NCBI RefSeq assembly: GCF_001194135.2
Contig: NC_068982.1
Coordinates: forward strand, 114,524,243 to 114,575,094
DNA length: 50,852 nucleotides
Reading direction: 5' to 3'
DNA from: Octopus bimaculoides
Taxonomy: Eukaryota
Position numbers and translations under genes: made by a program
The notes under the pieces: generated by a model
The model's database searches: none
Seen by the model: the letters and a program-made list of their open reading frames with translations, nothing else
Told to the model about the DNA's origin: nothing
In this document: positions 49,275 through 50,852 of the stretch, in pieces
How the letters are laid out: every line of letters begins with the position of its first letter
Numbering within the stretch: the first letter of the stretch is position 1

Positions 49275-50819
49275 GCACGCACGCACACACTGCAAGTTTC
49301 TGCATAGTTTCTATCGGTCATATACTGCTCACACAAGGTATGAAGCAAATTACTTCACTGCTCTCATTTGGTACTATAATAAGTTTTCCACTTTTCTATC
49401 TCTTTGTTTTCTCCTCTTCTCTCCCTCTTTCTTCCACCTTTTATTCCCCTTTCTTATGCCTTCCGCTCTTATACTGAACGCTCAACAAGCTTTGAAATAA
49501 AAGAACAAAAAGAGAATTCATACAAGAAGGTAAGTGTGAGAAACAAAGAGACAGAAACATAAGTGGAAACAAAAAAATTAATCCAGTCTATCAGAACAAT
49601 TGAACAATTGATGTTAACAGATACAATACTGTCAGTAACCAAGTCGTAAATCTATGAGGAAAGATTTAATACCTTTTATTATTCCATAATGTGAATAAAT
49701 ATTAGTATAGCACTGTATATATTTTTAGAGCTACAATGATTCTATCACATTGTTGTAGAGAACGGAGGCAAGACACACTATGAACGTTTTAGTTCCTTTC
49801 TTAGAACAAAAGTAATTTCCAAACAAGTATGACTTGTAAATAATGTATATTAAAGCGACCGAGTATTTGACTAATGGTAATTTAATCGACATCAGGAGGG
49901 TGAAAGTTAAATTCGGTGCTTGTGAGATTTGAACTCAAAATGTAAAAAGGATTGTGATTTTCATTATAATTTTTGTCACACTGTACCGCCCCAACAAGAA
50001 TATCGATTGTAATGATGGCAAAACCAGATATTTGTGAAAACGTTTCCATTAGGATTTTGTGGCTTAGTCAAAGGAGATGGGGTAGCACTTATGATATCCG
50101 AGATTGTTGGGGGAAATGCAAGAAGTTTTCACCAGACCAAGTGCAATCGTTTGTAACTATGTGTACCCTGCTAATAACACCCATGGGCTACATGGTAGTG
50201 TTGGACCGGATGATGGACTAGTATAACACTCCGAAATAGTAACTGGAGTTCTAATTAGATTCCACCCAGGTTTGTCAACCAACTTTTTTTCACTAGGCTT
50301 TGGTTGAAGTAAATCTATGGAAAAGATAATTACTCAAGATGACATGCTGTATAATTGAGTGCAAAACTGCGTAGTTGCAAAGCAAGGAGCACAGCCGTCC
50401 TTGTACCCAACGAAGTACATCACTGCTATTTTATTCTATTGTACTTAAAAGGATTACTTGCAGAGTTGATCTCGGTGAGATTTGGAATCAGAACATAATA
50501 TCGCAAGGCATTTTGTCATCGCAATAGAAACTGCAGTCAGTACTGACGAATAACTTGTAAATATATAAGCAATTCCAGCGTATGCGCAAACTGAAAGATA
50601 AATTATTTAATTTTCATAAGAATATAGTCATAAATCACTATTTATGAATCTACACCTACGACTGGCTTGGAAAAACAGATGTCGAAGAAACGTAATACTA
50701 ACATTGTAATGTTTAAAATATTATATATTAATTGCTTTCTTAATCTTTGTATGCGCACACTATATTACTATAGACATTTCGGCACATGCATCGATATACA
50801 TATATACATACATACATAA

Positions 50820-50852
<33 letters not shown>

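Overview
Eukaryotic, AT-rich, non-genic-looking DNA from a gapped short-read assembly: six N gaps, five of them abutting microsatellites. The repeat landscape (tRNA-derived SINEs with ATT/AAC tails, very dense TA/GT/TATG/GATA/ATT microsatellites) resembles an octopus or other cephalopod genome. That attribution is recalled pattern recognition, not a database result. No host protein-coding gene, rRNA, true tRNA or CRISPR array can be supported, and most ORF-track entries are microsatellite read-throughs. The window is a layered transposon graveyard. It holds two Penelope-like (GIY-YIG) retroelement fragments, one carrying a minimal, dimer-type hammerhead-ribozyme fold at 1873-1914, and a fold-back DD41D (rosa/Visitor-type) Tc1/mariner derivative built from two inverted transposase 3' ends. 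There are at least five distinct restriction-like-endonuclease (R4/Dong-type) LINE remnants, most sitting at TAA, TAC or CATA microsatellites. It also holds the 5' half of an L1/Tx1-like LINE (ORF1 zinc knuckle plus APE start), a solo LTR, a mariner MITE, an unclassified ~500-bp AAT-tailed repeat in three copies, many SINEs, and a telomere-repeat fold-back hairpin at a LINE junction. The most interesting candidates are the Penelope hammerhead, the DD41D fold-back and the microsatellite-associated RLE-LINE and non-autonomous repeat set.
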